Positions 51,905 to 59,647 of a DNA stretch of 62,796 nt are shown piece by piece. Below the pieces are notes generated by a model that saw nothing but the letters and a program-made list of their open reading frames with translations, was not told the DNA's origin and searched no databases. A program made the translations under genes and the position numbers. The DNA is from Kiritimatiellia bacterium (lineage in GTDB: Bacteria; Verrucomicrobiota; Kiritimatiellia; RFP12; UBA1067): the NCBI GenBank assembly GCA_024405395.1, contig JAKSOW010000002.1:1-62796 (forward strand), read 5' to 3'. Within the stretch, counting starts at the first letter, position 1, and every line of letters starts with the position of its first letter.

Positions 51905-53553
51905 CTGATGAATTGGAGCGTGTGGCTATGGCGAAATGCGGGAGATTGTTGTTGGCGGCCGTTGCATGTGCATCTGCAGCATGCTTTGCCGACCCGGTGT
52001 TTGAAGTGGCCCATGAGACGACGTTCGATCCCGCAAAGGCGGGGTGGAAACTTGTCTTCGCGGATGAATTTGACGGCACGGAACTGGATGCCGGCAAATG
52101 GTATCGGCCGCATTTCGCCCGCAAGCAGCGCATGGACATCGCGCCTGACGGGAACGGTCATCTCGTCTTCAAGGTCAAGAGGAACGAAAAGGGACGTTTC
52201 CCCAACACCTATCTCTATTCGATTCCCGAATACACGTATGGGTATTTCGAGGCCCGCGTCAAGTTCACGAAAGGGCTTGGCTGGTGGGCGGCAAGTTGGG
52301 TGCACGGCGCGAGCAAGGAGAATCCCTTCCTGGACGGCATCGAGGTCGACACCTTCGAGGATTTCTTCACGCGTCTAGTGGACGGACATCCCCTTAGGGA
52401 TCGCATGGCCCATTCGCTGCATACCAAGATCGGTTCGCATGGCGTGAGCCAGCAGGTGACGACCTCGGTCGAGCCGCCTGTTGACGGCTGGCATACGATA
52501 GCCTGCAAATGGCGTCCACTGGCGTTCGAGTTCTATCTGGATGGGCGTTTGACCGGATCCTACACGGCCTTCAACAACGCCGCCTGCATCCGTCCGCTCC
52601 ATGCCGTTCTGAGCGTTGAGGACATGCAGGGCAAAAAATGGCTGCAGAATGCAGGTCGCGAGGGCGCCGAAGACGGCGAGTACATTGTCGACTATGTGCG
52701 CATCTGGAAGGACCCCGAGGAGGAAAAGGTCCCACAGATCGTCTGGAAGGATGTCGACTGCCAACGCGTCTTCACGCCGACCGGAAAGGTCGAAAACTTC
52801 ATGGTCGTGGCGAAGAGCCCTGTTGAGGACGATCCGATTACCGAAACCTATCTTTTCGACAATGGCTTTATGGTAGGCTCTTCGCTTACGCGGCCCTACA
52901 AGTTTGAGGTTCCGTTTGTGGCGGAGACATTCACGAACGCATCCTATGGCCGGTTCCGTTGCACGCGTAACGGAAAGTGGCCGCCTTTTGACGCCTATCC
53001 GCATGTCTTCGTGGCCTTTGCGCGCACGCAGTCGGGGCGTGTTGGCCATAGTGCGCCCATTTTCCGCATTGTGGCGGACACGCCATCTCCTGCGCCGTTC
53101 GAGGGTAAAGCGGCGTCGATCCCCGGCTCGGTTGAGGTGTGGCGGTTTGATGCGGGCGGCCCGGAGGTCTCCTATCACCGGCTCCCCGGGAAGAAATTCT
53201 CGCAGAAGGGGGCGCGGGTACGCGAGACGGAACAGCTGGACTGTTCCAAGGGCTCGTTGGGCGTCACCTATGCCGGAGAATGGGTGAACTATACCGTGGA
53301 TGTGGCGAAGTCGGGAACCTATCAGGCGAATCTCCGCTATGGGGCACCCATGCGAAGCGAGAATTGCGTCGACTTGCTGGTTGATGGCCGTTATGCGACG
53401 TCATTCACCCTTACGGCGAACGACAATTTCGCGTGGGCCCCGAGTCAGACTTCCTCTGCGCGGCTTGAACTCGAGGCGGGCCGGCATGTCCTGACGGTTC
53501 TCTTTCGTTCGCAGTTGATGTTCGGCGGGCTTGACTTCATCGCCCAACCCTGA
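51901..53553 (+). CDS. secreted GH16-family glycoside hydrolase with C-terminal CBM6-like module
   Basis: FADEFDGTELDAGKWY, GYFEARVKF and the catalytic block GIEVDTFE (E-x-D-x-x-E). The C-terminal GEWVNYTVDVAKSGTYQANLRYG is CBM6-like. The ATG at 51901 overlaps the upstream stop (ATGA), and the signal peptide follows an alternative ATG at 51928. Confidence 0.8.
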   Translation: MTDELERVAMAKCGRLLLAAVACASAACFADPVFEVAHETTFDPAKAGWKLVFADEFDGTELDAGKWYRPHFARKQRMDIAPDGNGHLVFKVKRNEKGRFPNTYLYSIPEYTYGYFEARVKFTKGLGWWAASWVHGASKENPFLDGIEVDTFEDFFTRLVDGHPLRDRMAHSLHTKIGSHGVSQQVTTSVEPPVDGWHTIACKWRPLAFEFYLDGRLTGSYTAFNNAACIRPLHAVLSVEDMQGKKWLQNAGREGAEDGEYIVDYVRIWKDPEEEKVPQIVWKDVDCQRVFTPTGKVENFMVVAKSPVEDDPITETYLFDNGFMVGSSLTRPYKFEVPFVAETFTNASYGRFRCTRNGKWPPFDAYPHVFVAFARTQSGRVGHSAPIFRIVADTPSPAPFEGKAASIPGSVEVWRFDAGGPEVSYHRLPGKKFSQKGARVRETEQLDCSKGSLGVTYAGEWVNYTVDVAKSGTYQANLRYGAPMRSENCVDLLVDGRYATSFTLTANDNFAWAPSQTSSARLELEAGRHVLTVLFRSQLMFGGLDFIAQP

Positions 53554-53564
53554 CTCCGGGCGGA

Positions 53565-53822
53565 TCACCGCGAGGCGGTTTCCAGCACTTTGCAGGCCCG
53601 CCAGCCACCCCACACAAACAGGCGCCAGGGCTTGATGCCTTTGACGACTTTGACGATCGCTCCCTTGCGGTCGAAGAAGGTCGCGTCAATGGGAAAGCGC
53701 ATGAAGAGCGTGTGGATGCAGTTGCAGTGGGGGATGAGCAGGCCTTCGTCCTCCGCTAGCGACTTCCGTCCGATCAGTCCGCGGGCACGCTGAAAGAAGG
53801 TCTTGGCTTCGGTGATGCGCAT
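53565..53822 (-). CDS. DUF192-domain protein (85 aa)
   Basis: MRITEAKTFFQRARGLIGRKSLAEDEGLLIPHCNCIHTLFMRFPIDATFFD is the DUF192 core (ARGLMGR-like plus IHT). The ATG at 53822 lies 4 nt after the hemA-fusion stop. Confidence 0.75.
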   Translation of the reverse strand: MRITEAKTFFQRARGLIGRKSLAEDEGLLIPHCNCIHTLFMRFPIDATFFDRKGAIVKVVKGIKPWRLFVWGGWRACKVLETASR

Positions 53823-53826
53823 ACCC

Positions 53827-55308
53827 CTAGACGATGTCCTTGTATTCTGACTGGATGATTTCGTCGGCGCGGGACAGGACTTCGTTGAGCGTACCCGTCT
53901 TGACGCGATGCCAGAGCTTGAGGTCGTCGAGATCGGCAACGGTGACGCCATGGCCACAGTCATCAAAGAAGGGGTCGATGTTGCGCGGCACCCCCAGATC
54001 CACCATCAGCACATTGCGGTCCTGGACCTGAGGCGCCATGGCAGCCGTCACCACAGGCTTGGCGGAGTCCACCGCCGAGAGAACGATGTCGGCCGTGGCG
54101 AGAACCTGCGGCAAGTCCGTCAGCGGCGCCAAGGAGATGGCGGATGAGGCGGTGGCTCCAGGCGCCTGCAGGGAGCCAAGCTCGGGGATGCGGCTGTGGT
54201 AAATCCAGGTGATGCGCACGCCCAGTCGAAGCAGAGCCTCCACCGCGCCTGTGCCCACCATACCGGTACCGACTACCACCACGTGGGTGGTTGGGTCAAC
54301 GCCACCATGGACAGAAAGGTAACGCACGGCGATCTGGTCGATTTCAGCCACCTTCAGCAGGCCCTCCACCGCATGGCGGACGCACTTCGACACGCGCAGA
54401 ATCTCAGCGGCAGCAAATTTGAGGGCCGGCCCGCTCCAGCCTTTGGCTTCAGCCTCGTCGAAGGCCTCCTTGATCTGGCTGACCACATGGAATTCGCCGA
54501 GCAGGGAAGACTCCAGGCCTGAGGCCACGCGCACCAGGTGGCGAAACGCCTCAAAGCCGGAGAGGGCGAAATATTCGTTTTCGGCAAGCCGGTCAAAGCC
54601 CGTAAGGCGCTTCAGCAGGGCCAGCGTCTCGGGGTCGTCAGGCCCCACGATCGTCAGCTCAACGCGATTGCAGGTGTTGAGGATGAAGAATTCGCGCACT
54701 CCCTTGATGTGGGTGATGAGGCGGCCCAACGCCGCCCGTTCCTCGGCGGGAAGGTGAAGTGGCGCACGGCGGCGGGAGGGCAGAAACGCATCGGACGTGC
54801 CCAAAACGAAAATCTGGGCATTGCGCCGACTGTCCAGATACTGCACGAGCTCATTCTTCACGTCGCGCGCGGACCGGCAGCTCTGACCAGAGGTCGAGAC
54901 CGCGAGCAGGATATCTCCCAGGCGAGCGGCGGCAGGGGTCGTGAAGTCGCCGTCGCACCAGTTCATGTCGCTGCAGCAGCAGGGCACGTGGAGTCTGCGG
55001 GCATCATCCAGGATGGCGCGATTGGCGTGCTTGTCGTCGGTGCAGGCGAAAACGACGAGATGGCCAGCGGCATTGCCGGCGGCATAGCGGCGTCTTTCCC
55101 ATGCGAGGCGCGCGCTTTCGGCGTCGCAAAGGGCGACGAGATCGGTGCAGGCCTCGGGACAGACGAGCACCACTCGGGCGCCGGCATCCAGCAGATTCCG
55201 AACTTTGCGCAAGCCTACCTGTCCACCTCCGACGACAAGCGCGGGCCGATCGTCGATGATCAGATTGAGGGGCAGTGTCTGGCGAATGGGTCTGGAGGTA
55301 CGATGCAT
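53827..55308 (-). CDS. hemA: fusion of SirC-like precorrin-2 dehydrogenase/sirohydrochlorin ferrochelatase domain with glutamyl-tRNA reductase
   Basis: The N-terminal roughly 160 aa (ALVVGGGQVGLRKVRNLLDAGARVVLVCPE...ACTDDKHANRAI...FTTPAAARLGDILLAVSTSGQS) is a CysG-N/SirC pattern. The remainder (ILNTCNRVELT, HLVRVASGLESSLLGE, VVVVGTGMVG, LMVDLGVPRNIDP) is GluTR. ATG at 55308; an alternative TTG at 55320 would overlap the kinase gene. Confidence 0.8.
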   Translation of the reverse strand: MHRTSRPIRQTLPLNLIIDDRPALVVGGGQVGLRKVRNLLDAGARVVLVCPEACTDLVALCDAESARLAWERRRYAAGNAAGHLVVFACTDDKHANRAILDDARRLHVPCCCSDMNWCDGDFTTPAAARLGDILLAVSTSGQSCRSARDVKNELVQYLDSRRNAQIFVLGTSDAFLPSRRRAPLHLPAEERAALGRLITHIKGVREFFILNTCNRVELTIVGPDDPETLALLKRLTGFDRLAENEYFALSGFEAFRHLVRVASGLESSLLGEFHVVSQIKEAFDEAEAKGWSGPALKFAAAEILRVSKCVRHAVEGLLKVAEIDQIAVRYLSVHGGVDPTTHVVVVGTGMVGTGAVEALLRLGVRITWIYHSRIPELGSLQAPGATASSAISLAPLTDLPQVLATADIVLSAVDSAKPVVTAAMAPQVQDRNVLMVDLGVPRNIDPFFDDCGHGVTVADLDDLKLWHRVKTGTLNEVLSRADEIIQSEYKDIV

Positions 55309-55309
55309 A

Positions 55310-56425
55310 TCAGGCTTCAATCTTCACGGAAGAGACGATGGCGGGATTGAGCGGCGGAACCTGGCCACCATTCTCCAGCACTTGAACGGTTTCATAGACG
55401 TCATCCCACGTCTGGTAGCGGTAGTCCTTGTCCTTCACGAGCATGCCCGCCAGAAGGTTGCAGAAACTGGGGGAAAGCGAAGGCACCAACGTGCGCGGAT
55501 CCGGGGCTTGGCAGTCCGGGTCGACGTGTGCACGCAGCATGTCGTCGTTTGAGAGGTCGGGGAAGAGCATACGCCCCGTGGTGAGGTGGTAGAGTGTGGC
55601 GCCCAGCGAATAGATGTCCGCTCGGCAGTCCAGCGACCCGTTGGCGTAGACCTGTTCAGGCGAGATGTAGGCGGGCGTGCCGACCACTTCATCGTCGTGG
55701 GCGGCGGCGATGAAGGCCGTCGACTGGCAGAGGCCCAGGTCCGTGATCTTCACGGTGCCATCGCGGTCGACCATGATGTTCTCGGGCTTGATGTCGCAAT
55801 GCACGATCTTGGATGTGCTCCAGGCGTAGCTCATGGCATCGGCCACGGATTCGCCGATGACCAACGCATCAATCTCCGGAAGGCGCGCTTTGCGGTGAAG
55901 CAGCGATCCGAAGGTGTAGCCGTCCACGTAGTCCATGATGAAATAGTAGCGTCCGTCCACGCAGTCCGCACCATAGCCCTGAACGATGCCGGGATGATGG
56001 AGGCTGGTCATCGTGCGCACTTCGAGCATGAACTGGCGCACGTCCTGGCCCGACGTCGCGAATTCGCGGTTCATGACCTTGACTGCGACATTGCGCTGAA
56101 GATCCTTGTGCCAGGCACGCCACACAACGGCCATGCCGCCTCGCCCGGCGACGGCGTCAAACCGAAGCGAGGGAATGTTCGGCGGCTGCGTCACCTGCAT
56201 TTTGCGCGTGAGGCGCTGGGTGAGCTTCTGTTCGCCCCAGCCGTATTGATCGTCTTCGGGAGTCGGCGAACGGGGGGGCTGGGGCCGCGCCAGGCGCGTG
56301 GTGTCCGTCTCTTCGGCAGCTTTTGCCTTGGCGGCCTGCAGTTGACGAGCCGCCTTGCCGAACAGGTACTTGGGCTGGGCAGGGGTGGGGGCAGGAGCAG
56401 GGGAGCCTTTCTTCTTGAATACCAT
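55310..56425 (-). CDS. soluble Hanks-type Ser/Thr protein kinase (371 aa)
   Basis: GRGGMAVVWRA (G-loop), VAVKV, HCDIKPENI (catalytic loop), ITDLG, GTPAYISPE. No TM segment. The roughly 90-aa N-terminus is low-complexity and Pro-rich. The start shares one base with the upstream stop (TGATG). Confidence 0.85.
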   Translation of the reverse strand: MVFKKKGSPAPAPTPAQPKYLFGKAARQLQAAKAKAAEETDTTRLARPQPPRSPTPEDDQYGWGEQKLTQRLTRKMQVTQPPNIPSLRFDAVAGRGGMAVVWRAWHKDLQRNVAVKVMNREFATSGQDVRQFMLEVRTMTSLHHPGIVQGYGADCVDGRYYFIMDYVDGYTFGSLLHRKARLPEIDALVIGESVADAMSYAWSTSKIVHCDIKPENIMVDRDGTVKITDLGLCQSTAFIAAAHDDEVVGTPAYISPEQVYANGSLDCRADIYSLGATLYHLTTGRMLFPDLSNDDMLRAHVDPDCQAPDPRTLVPSLSPSFCNLLAGMLVKDKDYRYQTWDDVYETVQVLENGGQVPPLNPAIVSSVKIEA

Positions 56426-56994
56426 CAGCGCACCTTCTTTCCGAGGCCAGAACAGGATCTGCAGGGCGAGCCGCCCATCCCCTGGCATTCTGGGCAGACA
56501 ATCTTTCCGAGACCGCCACAAGTGGGACAGGGCTCTACGGACATCTTGAAATGTCGGTTCGTCTTGCCCGTGCCAACTTCGTTTCTGCGCACGATCCAGC
56601 CGTTCTTGCATTCGCGTCCGCTGCAGGGGACAAGGCCCGAGGTGAGGCATTTGCGGCATTTCTCCACGCCCGACCATCCGCAGGTACGGCAGGGCGGAAT
56701 GTCCTCCATCGTGGGTGTCTCGAAGCGATAGGTCAGGCGGCGTGCCTTGCCTTTGCAGACAGGGCAGATGCACTTCACGTCGTAATACGACTTGGCGAGC
56801 ATTGATCCTTTATGCTGACCATGGTCGGGTGGTGTAAGGCGCAGTTTCCCGCGACCCTCTTTGCTGGATGCGCAAACGGGGCAGGAGACGATTCGCTTCT
56901 GGATGCCGTTGGCGGGTTGGGGCGTTGGCGTGGGCGGCGCGGACAGGGTTGGCAAGGCCGCCAACAGCAGGCAAAGGGACAAGGCGAATTTCAT
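56425..56994 (-). CDS. secreted Cys-rich protein with multiple CxxC / CxxCxGxG (DnaJ-type zinc-finger-like) motifs
   Basis: Signal peptide MKFALSLCLLLAALPTLSA. Motifs CPVC, CPVCKGKA, CRTCGWSG, CRKCLTSG, CPTCGGLG, CPECQGMG and CRSCSGLG. ATGA overlap with the upstream regulator gene. Confidence 0.7.
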   Translation of the reverse strand: MKFALSLCLLLAALPTLSAPPTPTPQPANGIQKRIVSCPVCASSKEGRGKLRLTPPDHGQHKGSMLAKSYYDVKCICPVCKGKARRLTYRFETPTMEDIPPCRTCGWSGVEKCRKCLTSGLVPCSGRECKNGWIVRRNEVGTGKTNRHFKMSVEPCPTCGGLGKIVCPECQGMGGSPCRSCSGLGKKVR

Positions 56995-58346
56995 AGGACT
57001 TCTCCTTCCGCAGCGTATTCGTCAAGCTTTCGGTAGATGGTGCGACGGGAAATGCCGAGCATTTTCGCGGCGCGGGTACGGTTTCCACCTGCTTCCTTCA
57101 GGGTCGCCAGGATCTTTGCTTTCTCGGTTTCGCCGAGCGTGGCGGTATCGGCCAGCGTCTGCATCGACGGCGCATGGGTGCGCAGACGATCCGGCACATC
57201 ATCCACGTCCAGCACAGGATTCTGGGCCAACACCACCATCTTTTCCATGGTGTTTCGCAGTTCGCGCACGTTGCCGGGCCAGGACCAGGCCTCCAGGCAT
57301 TTCAGCGCGGCCGGCGTTATGCCCGTCACCTTGCCGCCATTCGCTTCCGAGAATTCTTTGAGGAACCGCGACACAAGTAACGCCACGTCGCCCGGACGGT
57401 CCTTCAGCGCAGGGAGCAGGACATCGACCACATTGAGGCGATAGTAGAGATCTTCGCGGAACTTGCCCTCGGCCACATACTGCTCGAGATCCCGGTTGGT
57501 GGCGGCCACAATGCGAATGTCCGTCTTGATGGCTTCATTGCCGCCCAGGCGCGTGATGGTGCGTGTCTCCAGGGCCCGCAGCAGCTTCATCTGCATGGCG
57601 GGGCTGATCTCGGAGATCTCGTCCAGGAAGATGGTGCCGTGGTCGGCCGCCTCAAAGCGCCCGATCTGGCGTTGGTGGGCACCCGTGAAGGCACCTTTTT
57701 CGTGTCCGAACAGTTCGCTTTCGAGCAGCGTCTCAGGCAATGCGCCGCATTGCACGGCCACAAACGGGCCATGGGCACGTGGCGAGAGATTGTGGATCGC
57801 ATGGGCGATGAGCTCCTTGCCCGTGCCGCTGGGGCCCTGGATGAGGACGGTCGCGGCGGTGGGAGCCGCCTGCTTCACGATGCGGAACACGCGCTTCATC
57901 GCGTCCGATTCGCCGGTGATGTTCTCCAGGCCGTATTTCTCGTCGAGCTGACTGCGCAGGCGCGCGACTTCGTCTTCAAGAGCCACCGTCCGTATGGCCT
58001 TGGCCACGCGCGCCTCAAGCTGATCTAGGTCCACGGGCTTGGTGATGAAGTCGTCGGCACCGTCTTTCATTGCCTCCACCGCCTGGTCCACCGAACCATA
58101 GGCGGTGAGGAGTATGCATGACAGACGGGGGTACTGGGCCTTGGCGGCCTTGAGCAGCTCGATGCCGCTGGCCCCGGGCATGCGCACATCGGAGAGCATC
58201 AGCACGATGGAAGGATCGGCGGCGAGCGCCTTGAGCGCTAGTTCGGCGTCCGGCGCGGTGGTCACCGTGTAGTCTTCCGACAAGGCGCGCTGCATCAGAT
58301 CGCGCGTGTCTTTTTCGTCATCGACGACGAGGATGGCAGGTTTCAT
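56991..58346 (-). CDS. sigma-54-dependent response regulator (NtrC/AtoC family)
   Basis: Receiver domain ILVVDDE...LSDVRMPG. AAA+ domain VLIQGPSGTGKELIAHAIH, GAFTGA, ELFGHEKGAFTG. C-terminal Fis-type HTH AAKMLGISRRTIYRKL. Confidence 0.9.
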   Translation of the reverse strand: MKPAILVVDDEKDTRDLMQRALSEDYTVTTAPDAELALKALAADPSIVLMLSDVRMPGASGIELLKAAKAQYPRLSCILLTAYGSVDQAVEAMKDGADDFITKPVDLDQLEARVAKAIRTVALEDEVARLRSQLDEKYGLENITGESDAMKRVFRIVKQAAPTAATVLIQGPSGTGKELIAHAIHNLSPRAHGPFVAVQCGALPETLLESELFGHEKGAFTGAHQRQIGRFEAADHGTIFLDEISEISPAMQMKLLRALETRTITRLGGNEAIKTDIRIVAATNRDLEQYVAEGKFREDLYYRLNVVDVLLPALKDRPGDVALLVSRFLKEFSEANGGKVTGITPAALKCLEAWSWPGNVRELRNTMEKMVVLAQNPVLDVDDVPDRLRTHAPSMQTLADTATLGETEKAKILATLKEAGGNRTRAAKMLGISRRTIYRKLDEYAAEGEVL

Positions 58347-59485
58347 GTCAGGCGCCTCACTCTCTTTTCCAGTCGGGGCAGGCGCACGGTGAAGCGCGTA
58401 CCTTCCCCCTCCTTGGATTCCACGTCAATTTCGCCGCCATGTGCACGGACGATGCGGCGGCACATCATCAGCCCCAAACCATTGCCCAATTCTCCCTTGG
58501 TGGTGTGGTAGGGCTCGAAGAGGCGACCCAGGTCGGCCGCGGGAATGCCCGATCCGGTGTCGCGGAAGGAAATGGCCACCTCGGCGTCCGTCACATCAAT
58601 CGCAATGGCGAGTGCGCCCCCGTCCTTCATGGCCTCCAGGGCGTTCTTGATCAGGTTGAAGAACACCTGCTGCAGCTGTCCCTCATCGAAGATTACGGAG
58701 GGAAGGGCGCTTGGCAGGTCCAGCGCCACCCGAATGGCGCGGTCGGCAAATCGGGGCTTGAGCTCCTCCAATGTGGCCTTGAGCGGGTCGGCCAGATTGC
58801 CGGGCTTGAGCACGGGCTTCACGGGACGGAGCGCATTGAGGAAGCCGCGGTTGATGGCGTCGATGCGCTTCACCTCGCGCTTGGCCGTTTCCACATCCGT
58901 CAACAGGCGCGCACGACGATCGGGGTCGGGCTCCTTGCGCAGATCGCGGGCCAGCAGGTCAAGGTTGAGCGAAAGGGCGTTGAGCGGGTTGCCGATTTCG
59001 TGGGCCACGCCGCTGGCCAGTTGCTGAATGGCCTCAATGCGACTGGACTCAAGGGCGTCGGCCTCGCGTGCGTGCGCGAGTGTGACATCCCTTACGATCA
59101 AAATGGTCGCCTCGCCATTCGGCATCGCCTGCACTTCCAGAATGCGGCGTTCGGGGTAGGTTTGGGTGATTTCGCGCATGGCCGCTCGAGACCATTGCAC
59201 ATCGGAAGGGGGCGAGAGCAAATCTGCCACATTCCACCCGGGCAACACATCGACGAGGGGGGCGTTCTTGGCAGAGGAAAATTCGAAATGCGCCAGCCGT
59301 TCCGCAGCCGGATTGGCATAGACAAGCAAACCCTCGGCAGATGCGACAATTACGCCTTCCCCCAGCGCACGGAACACCGTCTCCAGTAAAGTGAATTCCT
59401 GCACGAGCCCTTTGTACTGCCCGCGAACGCTTTCGGCATCCAGCTTGTCGAGGTGTTGTGCAACTTTATTGAAGAAACGATTCAT
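58343..59485 (-). CDS. cytoplasmic PAS-domain sensor histidine kinase (NtrB/AtoS-like)
   Basis: PAS-like N-terminus (GVIVASAEGLLVYANPAAERL), H-box ASGVAHEIGNPLNA, N/G boxes FFNLIKNALEAM and DTGSGI...GLGLMMC. No TM helix. Confidence 0.85.
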   Translation of the reverse strand: MNRFFNKVAQHLDKLDAESVRGQYKGLVQEFTLLETVFRALGEGVIVASAEGLLVYANPAAERLAHFEFSSAKNAPLVDVLPGWNVADLLSPPSDVQWSRAAMREITQTYPERRILEVQAMPNGEATILIVRDVTLAHAREADALESSRIEAIQQLASGVAHEIGNPLNALSLNLDLLARDLRKEPDPDRRARLLTDVETAKREVKRIDAINRGFLNALRPVKPVLKPGNLADPLKATLEELKPRFADRAIRVALDLPSALPSVIFDEGQLQQVFFNLIKNALEAMKDGGALAIAIDVTDAEVAISFRDTGSGIPAADLGRLFEPYHTTKGELGNGLGLMMCRRIVRAHGGEIDVESKEGEGTRFTVRLPRLEKRVRRLT

Positions 59486-59521
59486 GGTGACTTTTTGTCC
59501 CGATGTCTAAAATCGGCACAT

Positions 59522-59550
59522 ATTATACTCTTAAGTGGGGGTATAATCAA
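59522..59550 (-). promoter_or_regulatory. candidate sigma-70 promoter for the minus-strand six-gene operon
   Basis: On the minus strand: TTGATT (59550-59545), 17-nt spacer, TATAAT (59527-59522), about 37 nt upstream of the ATG at 59485. Confidence 0.45.
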
Positions 59551-59574
59551 GCAGAAGCAATCAAAACTTTACGG

Positions 59575-59603
59575 TAGACACCTATTAGAAAGTCTGCTAT
59601 ACT
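59575..59603 (+). promoter_or_regulatory. candidate sigma-70 promoter for paralog P5
   Basis: TAGACA (59575-59580), 17-nt spacer, TATACT (59598-59603), 45 nt upstream of the ATG at 59648. Confidence 0.35.
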
Positions 59604-59647
59604 CATCATGTTTTGGAAAAAGGGGTGTTCCAAGGGAGATTTTCTAC

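Noticed and set aside
59514-59530. Sigma-54 promoter upstream of P5 (GGCAC at 59515-59519)
   Set aside because: The required GC dinucleotide about 11 nt downstream of the GG is absent (the sequence is GGCACATATTATAC). Other intergenic regions that I scanned by eye (5960-6109, 10160-10336, 13114-13819, 37736-37837, 44736-44813) also lack TGGCAC-N5-TTGC. A PWM scan is still needed.
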